A DNA stretch of 63,958 nucleotides, filler included, from Octopus bimaculoides (Eukaryota): the NCBI RefSeq assembly GCF_001194135.2. It is 3 parts of 3 records of this genome, joined end to end, with 100 filler letters (N's around TTAATTAATTAA, not from the genome) between each part and the next. Parts side by side here need not be neighbours in the genome. Positions count along the whole stretch, not along the records: positions 57,712 to 63,958 come from NC_068983.1; 2 more parts are not named here. The stretch is one strand, 5' to 3'. The position numbers were made by a program, and so were the translations under genes. Shown in pieces: positions 62,501 to 63,958 of the stretch. Position 1 is the stretch's first letter; each line of letters opens with the position of its first letter. Under the pieces are notes generated by a model, which worked only from the letters and a program-made list of their open reading frames with translations, ran no database searches and was not told the DNA's origin.

Positions 62501-63054
62501 GGTAAATTTTCACTATTATATCCGAATGACTTTGAGAGGGAAAATTTATGTTTTTCTTATGGTTTTCGATAGGTTTTGAACAAATCTGACAACCAAAAAC
62601 CGCCGGAAATCACTTGTTCTTTAGGGAAACCTTCATCTTCAAAGTGAAACGGGTGTCAAACATCAATGTAATCGCCATTAGAAACAGAATGAAATGGTAT
62701 GAAATGATTATTTCATCCGTCTCACTTTGAAGGTGAAACTTATACCGTTTCAGTTTGTACCTGCCTCACTTTGAAGGTGAAAATTATACCCGTCTCACTT
62801 TGAAGGTGAAACTTATACCCGTCTCAGTTTGAAGGTGAAACTTATACCTTTCTCACCTTCGAGGTGAAACTCATAACTGTCTCACATTGAAGGTGAAACT
62901 TATACCCACCCCACTTTGAAAGTGAGATTTATATATTTGCTCTGGTTTCTGAAGTGTTTTGAACGAATGACACCATTGAAACCACCAAAAAGTACCCATT
63001 TATAGGTAAACCACACTTTCAAAGTGAGATCGTGTGCAATAGCAAAAATTTACC
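62501..63054. mobile_element. MITE-like element with 17-bp TIRs and an internal 29-bp tandem array
   Basis: GGTAAATTTTCACTATT (62501-62517) versus AATAGCAAAAATTTACC (63038-63054), 15/17 complementary. About 7 units of CCCGTCTCACTTTGAAGGTGAAACTTATA lie at 62717-62933. Confidence 0.8.
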
Positions 63055-63400
63055 TCGTTTATTTCTATAAAATATAATTACTAAAACTCTGTTTACTTTT
63101 TACTCGAGTCTGTTTTTCTGCGCTTCTTTTCCGATGTTATCGTGTCCAGCTATGTTGTTTGTGGTAATTCTCTGCATGTTGTATTTTAGATCTGAGAGGA
63201 ATACCAGTTTGATCTTGAATTAAAGAGTTCTGCAATGAATGTCATCAAAAGAATAACCATTTGTTTAACGGAACTGATTGTTGTGGCAAGAATATTAGAA
63301 AAGCTGTTTGTTTATCGTACATTCAAACAAACAAGTATCAAACGCCATGCATGCGTCTTTCATACCAGGAGTCTGTCTGTGTGCCTGCCTGCATGTCTGC

Positions 63401-63458
<58 letters not shown>

Positions 63459-63623
63459 TCACTCTCTCTATCTCTCTCTCTCTCTCTCTTTCTCAGCCTG
63501 CCTGTCTGTCTATCAGAGCAGTCTGCCTGCTTGTCTGTCTGTCTCTATGTATCTTTGCATGTGTCTGTATGTCTCTCTAACAATCAATAACTCAATATAT
63601 CTGTCTTTCTGTCTGTCCGTAAA

Positions 63624-63667
<44 letters not shown>

Positions 63668-63683
63668 TTTTGTCTGCCTCTGT

Positions 63684-63742
<59 letters not shown>

Positions 63743-63750
63743 GCTGTCTG

Positions 63751-63820
63751 TCTGTCTGTTTCTCTGTTGGTCTGTCTGTTTCTCTGTTGGTCTGTCTGTT
63801 TCTCTGTTGGTCTGTCTGTC
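63751..63820. repeat. 20-bp minisatellite TCTGTCTGTTTCTCTGTTGG x3.5
   Basis: Direct reading. Confidence 0.95.
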
Positions 63821-63958
63821 TCTCTATCTATATAGATATGCCTCAATATGAATATGCTTCCATATCAATATGTACACACACACACACGCACATACACACA
63901 CACGCACACACACACACACACACACGCACACACACACACGCACACACACACACACACA

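Noticed and set aside
62717-62933. 29-bp palindromic repeats as a CRISPR array
   Set aside because: The units are contiguous with no unique spacers, there are no cas genes, and the context is eukaryotic.
63198-63400. About 60-codon open frame EYQFDLELKSSAMNVIKRITICLTEL
   Set aside because: The best acceptor puts a stop immediately upstream, there is no convincing donor, and no motif is recognisable.

Overview
This is eukaryotic, AT-rich and microsatellite-saturated draft genomic DNA with many N gaps. The tRNA-derived SINE families and the (CATA)n/(TA)n/(CA)n/(GAT)n load suggest an octopod cephalopod; that assignment is an inference. No complete protein-coding gene, rRNA, tRNA gene or CRISPR array is supportable, and nearly all ORFs in the supplied track are translated microsatellites or gaps. 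The window contains (i) more than 40 copies or fragments of four short-repeat families, labelled A, B, C and E here; (ii) fossil LINE fragments: three RTE, one CR1-type and one APE endonuclease; (iii) a Penelope-like RT fragment that is open up to a gap; (iv) DNA-transposon fossils: a near full-length DD37D maT element with TIRs and TA TSD, a DD34D mariner fragment, a hAT transposase fragment, and hAT, Tigger-like and piggyBac-like MITEs; and (v) a few weak candidate exons. The most interesting signal is a dispersed set of minimal, Penelope-type hammerhead ribozyme motifs. They include a 300-bp foldback with one hammerhead per arm, core variants (CCGAUGA, CCGACGA, CUGUUGA) and a tandem pair about 90 nt apart. 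Other notable items are a 5'-inverted RTE insertion resembling twin priming, a MITE holding a 29-bp palindromic array, and a change at about 27-28 kb from CpG-decayed to CpG-intact repeat copies, suggesting a methylated gene body to the left.
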